Shown here in pieces: positions 26,051-38,800 of a DNA stretch of 64,000 nt. The stretch comes from Octopus bimaculoides (lineage: Eukaryota), in assembly GCF_001194135.2 (NCBI RefSeq), contig NC_068988.1, positions 34,618,657 to 34,682,656 of the forward strand, read 5' to 3'. Under the pieces are notes generated by a model. The model was not told the origin of the DNA, made no database searches, and was given only the letters and a program-made list of their open reading frames with translations. Numbering within the stretch: position 1 is the stretch's first letter; each line of letters opens with the position of its first letter. Position numbers and translations under genes: made by a program.

Positions 26051-27424
26051 TATAGTTTGATATTTGTGTATGTATGTGTGTATACATATGTGTAAAATGT
26101 AAAAGTTTGTTTTAAAAAAATTCTTAAAATATTTCCATATCAAATTTTCCATATTTCCTTGTATTATTTTCTTTGTGATGTTGTTTATAAAAGAAAGATG
26201 AAAAATTGGCAAGAGATTTACTTGGAAACTATGAGGAAGTGAACTAGATAGATGTGCTGTGCATATGTGTGTATATACATACATATATGTTTGTACCATT
26301 ATGCAGGTGTGTTGTACTCAGACTTATGCTTGTTGATGTTTTAATATGCAAGTCTTCATCTTCTATACCTTGGTACTTGGGGAAAATATAAGTAAGCAGA
26401 TCTTGATGAGTTGTTAAATAACCAAACAGATCAGGTCGTTTTGATCCATATGCCAAGCTGTCAAACAGACCGTTTTACAGTGAGACTAAATGTATGGAGA
26501 TAGGACTGTTTATATTTATTTATTTGTTCATGAAATAACACATGCTGTATTTGTACTTTAGTATTTATTTGTGTATGTATATATATATATATCTAGTTTA
26601 CTAGTTCAGTGCTACAGAGTTTCATACCACAGTGTTAGTTATTAGTACAGTTTATGGTCGGATGAATGTGGAGTGTTAGTGTTAAATTGTTGCTTCTCAT
26701 TCGCATCTGCATGTGCAATATGAACAAAGATAAAAAAGCATAAAAACTTATGTTCACTTGGATTCATTTACTACTCATCTTTATTATAGCATTAACCTGG
26801 ATCCTAGCCAAAAAGAAAAGAAAAATCATTTCTTCTGTTAGTAATATTACTGGTTTTTTTTTTTTTGATAGGGAAAATGGTAGAGGGTTGGATGAAATTT
26901 TGCCTTTTATCCTTTGGGGATCCATCAAATAAAATAGCAATTGGATTGTGGGATCTATCTTTATAAACTGTATCTTTCCTAAATCAGTATTAAAGTAGAA
27001 TGTAGAACTGTGGTTTAGTAGAAATAGTAAGAAACTGGAGAAAGTATCCTTTGGTCTTCAGTTATGTCCCTTTATAATTTGATTTAGACTACGCCATGGT
27101 CTATGTTGCCCTTCATTCTCCCATGGTGGATAAAATAGAATATCAGTCAAATATTGAGACTAATTTAATGAACCTCACTATCCCTAATTGTTTGTGACCT
27201 TGTACCTTTGTTAGAAATCAATATTATTACTAATACTCTACTATTACTACTACTACTGCTGCTGTTGCTGCGGCTAGTTAGTTGAAATGGTTGAGTATGG
27301 CATTAAAAGATTTGTAGTATTTAGTTTCATCAACCTAACTACTAACTTTGTAGTCCTACTGAGGTCAACCTTGTTTATCTCTCTTTGTGATTTAATGAGT
27401 TAATTACCAGTTACATACATAGGT

Positions 27425-27852
27425 GCAAGCATGGCTTTGCTGCAACAAGCTTACTTCCAAACTACATGGTTTTAGGTTCAGTTCCACCTTCAGCAAATGT
27501 CTTCTACTATAACTCTGGGTTGATGAAAGCCTTATAAGTGGATTTCTTAGATGGAAACTGAAAGAAGCTTGTGTGCGTGTGTGTGTGTCTGTGTGTTTGA
27601 CTGTCTCCTTGCCTTGACATGACATGATATTTGCAAATGAGTGATATCATCTTACAAGCAGTGTCCTTCATTTCCAGTATTCTGTGGAAAGATATTTGGT
27701 AATGGGGTACTATTACCTTACATGGCAACATGAGAGTTGGCAGCAGGAAGAACATCCAGCCATAAAAAAACAAAATTCACCTCAAACAATTTTGCCTAAT
27801 CCATGCAAACATGGAAAAGTGGATTGGATGTTAAAACTATGTTGATGATGAT
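27425..27852 (+). mobile_element. CORE-type SINE with RTE-like tail and (GAT)n end, near full length
   Basis: GGTTCAGTTCCAC...GTGGATTT...GGAAACTGAAAGAAGC-(GT)n-body-GTTGGCAGCAGGAAGAACATCCAGC...CCATGCAAACATGGAAAAGTGG...GATGATGAT. Confidence 0.75.
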
Positions 27853-28214
27853 ACTTGCATAAGGCTTTCAACTTAAGTATACTAAATATATGAACTTCAT
27901 TTGAACCATTGAACCAGTTACCTTAGCACCACAGGTTAGCTTTTTATAATGCTGACAACTTACTATAGAAGTGAGTTAACACAGCAGCCAGTATTGGTCT
28001 TGGTGGCGGTAGCAAGCAAACACCAGATAAGCCCTTCTCTACAAACTGAAATATCATTATTTGTATTATGTTGCTGCTTGGTAGTAGAGATGGTTGAGTG
28101 AGGTGTTTAGGGTTTATAGCATTTAGTTTCATCACCACTACTGACTTTTTTGTCCTACTGATGTCAACTTTGCTGATCTCCCCTTGTGTCAAATTTCAGA
28201 CCCCAATTTTGTTA

Positions 28215-28415
28215 GTTGTAGTGCTGGTGCTGGCACCCACCCAGTAGCTTTGTAAAGTGGTTGGCCTTAGGAAGGGCACTGAGCTATAGAAACTATGCCT
28301 GCCTAAGCAAACCTTTAAACTCAACACAGTCCTCTAGCTACCTGGATCTTGCTGAACTATCTAATCCATTCCAGCATGGAAGACAGACATTTAGTGTCAT
28401 TAGAGATGATGATCT
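28215..28415 (+). mobile_element. RTE-like 3' tail fragment
   Basis: GTGGTTGGCCTTAGGAAGGGCA...GCTATAGAAAC...CCAGCATGGAAG...GATGATGAT aligns to 57050-57204. Confidence 0.7.
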
Positions 28416-29644
28416 GAAGTCACAAATAATGTGAAAGTATTCAACACTGCACTCCCACTCCCTAACCTTTTTTCTCATCTATTGCACTGTACCAAATTCT
28501 TGTATATTTTTTTGGCTTAAATAAGAAATCAGTATGGATATTCATATTTATAAATCCTCCTCTGATTTTGCAATCCGTCTTTGTCATGTCCCTCCACTCA
28601 TTACTCTCGTAGCAAGGAACAAACTAGATATTTCTTATTACAGTTTATTTTTTTATGCAATAGATATTTTTTATATTACAACTCTGTGATGGAACTTACA
28701 ATTTCTTTGTTCATTTTATTGTTTTATAATTTTTCCTTCAAGTGATTTTTTTTGTTTTGTTTTTCTCTCCCCTTTTCTTTATACATCGTCTGTGTCATGG
28801 TCGAATTGCTACTAATATGATTTCTGCTAGTGTTTTGGCTATGTCTGCACTAGCGTCAGTCAGTGGGTGCAAACATAATGCTTAATCGGATGATTATCTG
28901 AAGAAACTTTAAGAAATGCTGGTTTTCCAGCAGATCACTTCCTTTCTTTGTTAGTTTTAGCCATTGTAGACTTCCTTTCATTGTCTTTCTGGAGCTAGAA
29001 TATGGTTCTTCTGTATTGAGTGTATGTATATCCTACACATATGTGTATATGTGTCATCATTAAGTGTGTATAAGTTGGCATACATTGCTACAGGATTACA
29101 CATACATATATGCTTTCATACCCCCACCCCCCACACACAGTGTATATGTGTGTGATTATAATTGCACAAATATTCGTGTGTGTGTGTGTATTTGTATAGA
29201 TACATATACATGTGTGTGTGAAACATGCATACAGACTTAGCTAAAAATATATGAATGTGTCTGCGTGTGTTTCATATTTCTTTCCATTCATTCATCTCTT
29301 TCTATTTTTTGTTTTTATCACGCATATGTACATGTGTGTAAGTATGTTTACACATATATGAGCATTTGTACAGACACTTTACACCACGCTACTAGAGGAA
29401 GTAACAGTAGTTGCTGCACGGAAACACGTACATCAGATCAACGAAACGGTGGTTTATGTAAGAATAGCTGAACAATTTTTACAAAGCAACGTCACCCAGC
29501 ACAGATTAGCATACCAAGGTTATATACATAGATGCATGCATGCATGAATACAGGCATGCATAAATTCATACATATATACATACTTATCTATGTGTGCATT
29601 TGTGAGTGTGTGTATCTTTCTCTCTCTCTCTCTCTCTCTGTATA

Positions 29645-29689
<45 letters not shown>

Positions 29690-32600
29690 TATGTGTGTGT
29701 GTATGTATGTATGTATAGTTAATGAAAATGGATAGTCCAAAACTTCACTACATATGTTTCTATTGTGCAGCTTATTCCAAATGCAAGTCCATTGCACAAC
29801 TTGATAGATAGCATTATGTAAATTCATTTTGTTACTTAGCCATTTCATTTTCTCAGGTGATATTCTGATATACAGCCAAATATAATTTTATGAAGAAAGT
29901 GAATATTTATGAGAGAATATTTATAACAAAATGAAAATGAAAGAAGAAAATTCAACATAAGATGGATATATACATATTTTTCAAGCCCAAGGTCTTAGCA
30001 AGACATGTATGTCATAAGCCTCTAGATAGTGAACGTGCAAAATCCTACTTTGAACTGTCGAAAGTAGTTGGGCATGTGGAAGTGCACACTTAATATATCT
30101 GAGCTGTTAATATATGTAAAGTGTTTCTATGTCTCTGTTTGCCTGAATTCTGTTGTCCCTGCCTCTAACTCCATTTATTCAGCCCATTTTTTTATTATTT
30201 ATTTTTGTTCACAAAGTGTACTACAGACTAATTTTCTACCCTGAGCATGTTTTTAAAATGGGAATATATAATTTGAAGACTGTTTCTTGTTGGTCATGCA
30301 ACCATGCATAAATTCACTAATTGGATGGTTAGTATAATAATATGAATGGGTATATTCTGTATAAATATCTATTTATCTGCCTGTCCATGTAATTATACAT
30401 GTTTACGCATATATAATAATAGGTATATTTATATTTCGGTTTGATGTTCAGTACCTGAGATGATAGATATAATTTGGGCATGTGCATATTGTTGGGACTT
30501 ACATTTTTATAGCTGTATAATCTTAATGTACACTACTTAACCATGAAGCATGTGTGGAACTTATTTGTCAGTCAGGTAGGCTGAAGTGATTGGAGTTCTG
30601 TGCCAAGTCTAAATAACTCAACAGAATGACTAAAGTAAGGTTTGATGACATCTTTAATTTCCTAAGAAAACTAGCTCTCAAGCCTTGGGGCTAATATAGT
30701 TATATTTCATGAAAAATTATGGCTTCCAACATTGGTACTGGCTACAAATTCTGCAAGAGAGGACAGTTGATTAAGTGACCCTTAGTATTTTACTGGTACT
30801 TTATTTTCTCAACTCGAGAAAAGTGGGAAGACACATTTTTTGTTTGCAGCATTTCAACTCCTTGCTAAAAATGAGGAGGTACTTTGTTCCATGCTCTATG
30901 GGCTCTTCCAATGCTCTACCCTTGCTTCATGAAAAATTGAAAAATAATGGAAGCGAAACAGGCCAATTTGTCTACAAGAAGGGGCTGTGCCCATTATATT
31001 TACTGACTTTCCAAGGCCAGTGGGATTGATGTGGATTGATGTTCCTTTTGAAAACTGCAAGTAAATAGCTGTAAAAAGAAAACAAACAAACAAAAAAACT
31101 AGGAGGTGAGAATTGTAAAGGTTGATATGGAGGAGAGTAAAAAATAGAGGTAGTGATTAGTGCAGGGTCTGTGGCTGTTGGATGGAGCCCAGTTGAGCGA
31201 AATGGGTGGAAAAGCATGTAAGAGCATAATTAGAGATAGTATCAGACCAGCCACTCCTAGAACAGCCTAATAAAACCACCTCGTGAGGCAACCACTACAT
31301 GCTAAGTTGATGTTCTAGAATTAACAACCAAAACACCCTTAATTCACTCTTTACTACTTTTAATATTGACTTCTTTCAGTATTTACATTGAAAGTTTGGA
31401 AGGAGTTTACCCATTTGCATTTGATCTAGTGTTAGGTTAGAAACATTGTCATGCATCCATTGACATGGTTGTGCAGCTGTTGGTTGGACAGTGTGCCTTT
31501 CACATATTTCTAAGCTTAGTAATATATATATATATATACATATACATACACATGCACACAAATACATTTGAATGTGTGTGTAGAGCGAGAGAAAGAAAGA
31601 AATATTGCAAATATAGGATTGGAAAATGTGAACAGCTCCTGTCAAGGAGTCTGAGTAGATCTCTTCATATTTTTCTGTCTCGGGTTTTCTTTATACATCT
31701 TTTAATTAACCTATACCTTGGGACTAAAATTAGGTCAACAGAAACTGTGCAGAAGTCCGTTGCATGTTATACCTGTAATTCAAACAAGTAATCCTAACAT
31801 ACTGTGTCACTTCACATCCGGCTGCATTTCTATGGAGTACTCACCCATTTATATGCTAATTCATTGAACTTAGTGCAGTTGGTCAATTAACTGCAAATCC
31901 ATGGTTGGGAATTTTGACCAAGACCAATTTATATACACACACAACCTTGCATGTGACATCTTAGGAAAACAATTTTTTAGAAGAATTGAATATAAACCAA
32001 ATCATACATATATTATGAAACTGGCTTCAGTGCCTCACAACAGTTGTATTGTCACTCTGCTAACTTTGAACACTCACATTGTTGATTCTATGTTGTGTCT
32101 CATTCTATCTATTAATTCATTCTGATTACACAAAAATGAAGTAGTACTGTACCTTTAATCATCCTATCAAAATTTATACCATCTTTATTTCTCTCCTCTC
32201 ATTATATCTGTTTCTCCTTCTCTGTCTATTCCTCTCATTCTCTCTCATATTTATTCTCTGCATGCATAACAAAAATATTTAATCATATTAATGGTAATTT
32301 TTCATTTGGACAGTGTTTCAGTTGTTTTCCTTTTCTCTCACCCTCATTCACCATCACATACTCATCATAATCTCTCATCCCCACATACATGTATGCAACT
32401 CTTGCACCACAAAATACATTCACACATAAAATGCACATAAACACGCAGATGGAATAACAGATGAAATTTTGAAAAAAGCCAGCTGTCACCAATTAAAAGT
32501 TTTTCTAGAAATCCAAGTTATCACCTCTCCACCTGTAAGTCAACGAACTAGTGTTGTTGCTCCACCCATAATTACATTGGTTAGACACAGACATAGCTGT

Positions 32601-33554
32601 GTGGAATCACTAATACTGGTCATTACAAGGTCTGAATTCCTATATTTTATTTCATTTTACTTCATTTCTTCCTCCTTGTTCTTTTTACTTTTTTTCCCTC
32701 CCAATTAGTTACTTCTTTCACGTGCATAATTGAGAGATCATTGTCATTATTATTTTTATTCTCTCTCGTATTAATTAGTATTGTTATCATTGGCGAGAAC
32801 TGTGATGTGGCAGAAAGACCTTTCGTTAAATTCATCCTTTACTTGGTTTCAATTATCGGTTTTAAGCCTCTTCTTAATTCGCTGCTCTAATGTTGCTAAT
32901 AAATTTTGGAAAGGCATGAGCATTACAATTTCTCAGATTTATTAGATTATTATCATATCTTCAACAGGTTTATGCTAGTTCTTACTGCATCACCAGGTTT
33001 CCTTTCACAATTCTGATATATGCACAGCATTGTCTTTGTGAGAATTTAGACCCGTGTTAGTATTATATAATACTACATCATTCATTTCTGCTTGTGGTAT
33101 TTAGTTTGTTGTTTCTGGTCTTATTCTAATGTCTCTTCTGTGGTGTATATTATGTGCCACAAGAGCTAGGTAAAATAACATAACTCATTATTTTACTAGA
33201 TGATGTATGTGTTTTATATGGGCAGTGTTTGGATGTCTTATAGCAATTCTGTACAATCGTTGTTTAGTTTCAGTATTGTGCTTTTCCTATTTTCTTTTCT
33301 TCAGTTGCAGTTTGTATAACATCCATGTTGTGTGAATTGTGTTATTTTATTAATCAATGATTGTATATGCTATGTGTGTTGTATGCAGAGTGTGTATTGA
33401 GTTGTGCTATTGAATTGGAAGTGTCTTGCACAGGCTTCAGCTAGCTGGGTTATTTTTTAGACAGCATAAAATGGTATAAGCCCTAGTATGGTTTACAAGT
33501 TTTTGCATATTATCATCATTATCATTATTATTAATATTATCATTATCATCATTA

Positions 33555-33990
33555 TAGAAGTGAATTGGCAGAAGTGGGATAAAAAAAACAAAAAAAACTT
33601 TTATTTGTTCCAGCTCTTTACGTTCTGAGTTTAAATTTTGCCAAAGTCAGCTTTGACTTCCATCCCTCTAGGGTTGATAAAATAAAGTTCCAGTCAAGTA
33701 CTAGGGTTAATGCTATCAACTAACTTCTTCCCCTAGAATCTGATGACTTGTGCCTAAAGCAGAAATGATTATTGTTATCTTTAGGATAATGGATTGACAG
33801 AATCGAGTATAAGAAAAAAAAAAAAAAAAAAAAAGACTAAAAAAACAATGCTTTGCAGTATTTGTTCCAGTTTCTTTGTGTTTTAAATGCAAATCCTGCC
33901 ATGTGTCACTTTGTTCTTCATCCTTTCAAGATCAATAAAATAAAGTACCAATGTGATTGCTGGCCTTGTGCTTATATCAGAAACTGTTGT
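33555..33990 (+). mobile_element. Two tandem SINE family A copies
   Basis: GAATTGGCAGAA...TACGTTCTGAGTTTAAATTTTGCC...CATCCCTCTAGGGTTGATAAAATAAAG; the motifs repeat at 33781-33990. Confidence 0.7.
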
Positions 33991-34261
33991 CAATGGTTGA
34001 TGGGCTGCTAAATTCGTTTAGTGTTAAAAAAGTAAAAAAAAAAAACACCATCATCTTTATAATTCTTGTAACATTCTCTCATCTGTCACCCATCACACTT
34101 GTGGTAAATATAGAAACAATTGTTGTTATGTTGTTGTTTTCACTGAAATCTTGCCAGTGAAAATGTTGCTTGTCATCCTTTCAGAATCAATAAAATAAGC
34201 ACCACCTATATAACATTAGAGGAGTGTGAGGGAAAAATAAAAAATAAAAATAAAATTAATT

Positions 34262-34378
34262 GGCTCTAAGATGTTGTCTAGTTTGAGACACACATCGCTA
34301 CATGAAAATGAAGCTTTCAGTGATAACCATTTACATTTGTGTAGTAATAGGTCTTGGACTAGACAGCATCTTAGAGCC
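34262..34378. mobile_element. 117-bp fold-back MITE-like element with 28-bp terminal inverted repeats
   Basis: 34262-34289 GGCTCTAAGATGTTGTCTAGTTTGAGAC pairs with 34351-34378 GTCTTGGACTAGACAGCATCTTAGAGCC (24 Watson-Crick + 4 G.U on +). Confidence 0.7.
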
Positions 34379-35463
34379 TATCCTTCTCCAGGCTATTTAC
34401 TATAATTAAATTTAAGTGACTAAAAATTGTATGTATAAAATAAAATTCACCCTCAAAATATATTTAAAAAAATCCACTCCTACCTACCCCAACTCATAGT
34501 GAAAACTTTGCTTTCTTGAAACTTTCCTTTGCTATAAAATGCACGCGACTGAAGAAAGTAATATTTTAGATCTGAAGCACTCTTTAATTGCTTCTCTATC
34601 ATTCTAAGCCTGAAGTGTTAGTTCCTCTGAAAACATCAAGTTGGTTACTCTCGCTTGATGCATTCAGTTCTACTCTTCATCACAATATTCCTATGATCTC
34701 TTTAGTTTGTTAATATTAGCTAAACCAGTGGAGCATTGGATATAATGCCTTGTGATATTTGGTTATAACTCTTTATGAACAGAGTTCAAATTTCATGGAG
34801 TTCATCTTGGTAAGGTAAAAGTCAACTTCTAGTTTTGATATAGTGGACTATAATTCTGTCTCAAATTTTGTGCCCCTTTGCTTGTGTTAGAAAACAATAT
34901 TTAATTTGAGTGGGGTAGAATAGAGGCAGTGAATATAACTAGACTTGAGACTAATATGATAGCGATGTTCCCTCTTTAGCTCAAATATTAGTGGGTTGTT
35001 TGTTTGTTTGAGAAAGACTGAATAGGAAAGGAGTTCTAGAGGGAAAAATTTCTAGGGAAGAAAAGGACCATAAAAAAATATTTGGTGGTGTTTGATATGT
35101 GATAAACAGTATGGGCAATGAGAAAACAAAAACAGGATAGATGAGATGAAAGGACCTACTGTAGCTGTGTATACAGGGGACCAAGGGAAGATACAGTGTA
35201 TTGGTGATCTAGTGATTAGACTTCCCCATATATATGAACAAGAATTATAGATACGCTGTATATAGGCCCAACAGATATTGACAGCTTTTATATACTATGT
35301 TTCTGAAGAGAAAATCTAGCATTTCAAACACATTTTGAGCCAAATTGCAGATACTTGAGCTCCCTGAAGGATCATTGAAATTTATGGGAAATAGCATTTG
35401 TGAAGACTTATGACTTTAGTTGTCCATTAGCAAGGGTACAGTGTGATGTATCGTTGATGTAAT

Positions 35464-35504
<41 letters not shown>

Positions 35505-35505
<1 letters not shown>

Positions 35506-35690
35506 CCTAGTGGTTAGGGTATTAGGTTTGTGATCACAAGATGGTGGGTTTAATTCCTGAAAGGAGACTTATTGTGTCCTTGAGCAAGGCACTTCATTTT
35601 TTATTGCTCTAATCTACTCAGATGAAAATAAAAGCCAGCTGACTGTTAACGCGGCATCTCGTCCTCAGTGTTGCACTGGGTCAATTTTTG
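35505..35690 (+). mobile_element. tRNA-derived SINE (A-box TAGTGGTTAGGG; GTGTCCTTGAGCAAGGCACTT core)
   Basis: Pol III box-like head; homolog at 22030-22170 (-). Confidence 0.6.
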
Positions 35691-35813
35691 GAGGACCCAG
35701 AGTGTGTCTTTGACTGCTTGCAACTACATAGGTACCTGAAACAATTAACAAAAAAATGGTACAAGCTGCCAGGTTGCACTTACTTTTGAGTGATAGCTCT
35801 CACTCACTTTCTT

Positions 35814-35861
<48 letters not shown>

Positions 35862-38800
35862 GTGTATGTATGCACATATATAATAAAGCGTAATGTGCTG
35901 TTTCCTTGCAATCCTGTACATAGAAGCTTGCCCAATTTCTCTCAGAGACTCCACCTCCTTGCTAACGATTTCTTGTAATTCAAACTGAATATTAAGTGTT
36001 AACCTCACTTGCTAACCTCTGTTTTTCCTGTTTGGGAAGTCCTAAATATAACTATATAGGTTATCAGCAATGCTCTTCAACTATAAGAGAACGAATAAAC
36101 TGTAACAAAAAATATGAACTAAACAAACATCTCGTTCTGAAAAAAAAAAGCAAACAAATATTGTGAATATTGTAGAAGTACATGATAAAGACCTCAGAGG
36201 TAAAGGCCAAAAACCTGCTTTTGTTTGTGTGCGTGATTGTATGAGTGAGATGAATGTGTAGGCACTCCCTATGGTAGCCGGAAAAACATTAAGAATTACT
36301 AAAAGAACCCCAAAAAAACAAAAAATACAAACAAAAAGTACATTGATGAAGCAAAACATTGAATAGAAACAACATGAATCCAAGCAAAATACTTAATCAT
36401 TTCCAGGTCTCATACATTTGCAATAAGCATTGCAAAGGAAAATGATAAAAAAAACCGACAGAAGCTGTGTACACCTCATGTGTATTCTACTATCATAGGA
36501 CACTCTCTAAACAATAAATTATACACACTTGCAAATGCACACACACACATACACACACGTGTGCACATGCATGCAGATAATCTCAGTTGTGTGCATGCAT
36601 GCATATGCAGGCACACAAACACAAATGTATAAAACACAATGGCAACAAAACATTGTATGCACCTGAAGCACAAGGGAGTGTGCTTCAGGTGCTGGAGGTG
36701 GTGAAAAACTGTTCTAAAAGAAATAGTGATGATTGTTATGCTGCTGTTGCTAATAATAATAATGATAATTATAATAATAATGATGATGATAATGGTGATA
36801 ATTGTTGTTGTTATTATCATAGAAGAAAATAGTGGAAAACAGAGCGAGATAGTGTGAAAGGATTGGCTGAATCGAAGAACAATTAATAAATTTGGTTTAA
36901 AGAGAACAAACATTGCTAACTGTAAATAACTCTGTTGAAAATGGTGAGCAGTTCGTTTGAAGGAGGAGATGGCGACATTGCAGTAGTTGTTGTACCGTTG
37001 AGTTGAAACTGTATAGTGCTTGTACAGGTGGGTATGGTATGGTGTGGTGGTAGCGCTTATGTCTATGGTGGGGTTTCACTAACTTTGATGGTGCTGGTTG
37101 AGGTAGAGAGTATTGCTGGTTTCCGTGATGGAGGAGTTGTAAAGATTATTGATTAGTGTGATACTACTGACTAACAAAGTCACTGGTTTCAATTCTGCAT
37201 CAATGAAGCTCTCGCTTACGTTTGATCGATTTTTATTTTTTATATTGTTTTCTTTTTTTGTTCCTTATTTAAAATTTTTTTATTTTTGTTAAAGTATTTC
37301 TGTATTAATAGTAATGTAACTGTTGGTACATTAAGCAAGTTCGTATTGGTGTTGTGCAGTCTTGAGAAAAATTATCTTTTGTGGTTTCCAAGTTGTTGCC
37401 TGTTTTAAGTTTACTTATTATTCCTTTGAAAAAGACACTAATGTGACAAACTTCTATTTGTTTCTTTTTTTTTTTTTTCTCTCCTTCCTTTGTAACTCTG
37501 AATATATATGTCTATTGAAGAACGAGATTGTTTTTCTCCTTTGTTTACAACAGCTATTATTATTGTTATTATTATTATCATTATCATCATCATTATTATT
37601 ATTATTATTATTATGTAAACTCATAAAACTACATAGTAGAGTGCAGTGGTCTTCATTCTTTTATTCACTTGTTTTGATTTTCAGTTTGTGGCCATACTGG
37701 TATATCATATTCAAAGCTAAGGGTAACTCCCTACATTAAGGAAACATTGCATCCTTGGACAACATTCTTTTAAAGTGGAATTCTGTAGCATGAAACTTAT
37801 GTTTCCATTGACTTTTATGTTATAATAACAAGGGAAGTATTGAGAAAATAGGTTTCTTCCTCCCTATGTGATGAAAGAGTAGCTTTCCTGAAAATTTTCA
37901 TACCGTGTAGAACTCCATTACACAAAAACCTATTCTCCCATTGTCTTTTGTTTTTTTATAATTGTTAGCTATAAAAGAATGGGCAGGTATCCATGCCTGT
38001 TACAGAAGGGGCAGTGTCCATGCCTCTTTGAATAGTAAGACTGATGCCATTAATGTTCTTCTTGAACATATGTAAAGTCAACACATTGTTAACAATGTAC
38101 TTCACTAGTTTCTGCTATTTTCAGAGCCTGTGAAGGAGCTGCACTGTTGTTGCTTGACTTGCTTGAATTAGCATATATGTCTCACTCAAATACGCACTCC
38201 CTCCACACACATACATGCACACTCTTTTGTCTTAAGGTTGGACACACACCCTAATGTCTTTAGGAAAGAAGACACGTTAGGGTTAGGGTTAATCTCAGAC
38301 TTTGAAAAATGAGATGGAATAGTCAGGGCTTGACCATCTTTGATCACAGATCTAATCTGATCAGGGCTGACATGGGCCTAAACAGTAGCAATTTTATCAT
38401 TAGTCTTCTTCAAAAGCTTCAAAATTGAGTACTCTTTTACAGAAGGTTTTGTTTGAAATTTTACAGTTCTTTACATAAAGAGGCTAAAATGCTCTCTGCT
38501 GGCATAATTGAGGTGTACCATTTAGAATTGAATCAGTGTTTATTCCTGGTCCCTTTATATTGATGAAATTGACAGAAGGCAAAATATTTTCTTACTATTT
38601 GGAAAATTACATAATGCCTCTATTATTTGTTTAATCATCTTGTAATAAGCTATGGCCTGTTATTTTGCTACAAACTTATTGTAAACTTTTATTTGCCTAA
38701 AGTTTTAAAATCTAACATTGTCCTTCTTACTCACCTTTTCTTATCTTTCTCTATAAACAAGGACTAAATGGCTATAATGTAAAAATAATATTTCTTCAAG

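Noticed and set aside
26244-26456. Protein-like minus-strand ORF with an AAG|GTATAG donor
   Set aside because: Weak acceptor, no recognisable homology, and the opposite strand is equally open.
31069-31100. Strong minus-strand acceptor-like motifs (also at 3967 and 35736)
   Set aside because: No convincing exon follows, and T-tract+CAG is common in this composition. They show that acceptor motifs alone do not fix the host-gene strand.
32734-32744. GAGATCATTGT, resembling bantam miRNA
   Set aside because: Only 11 nt match and there is no hairpin.
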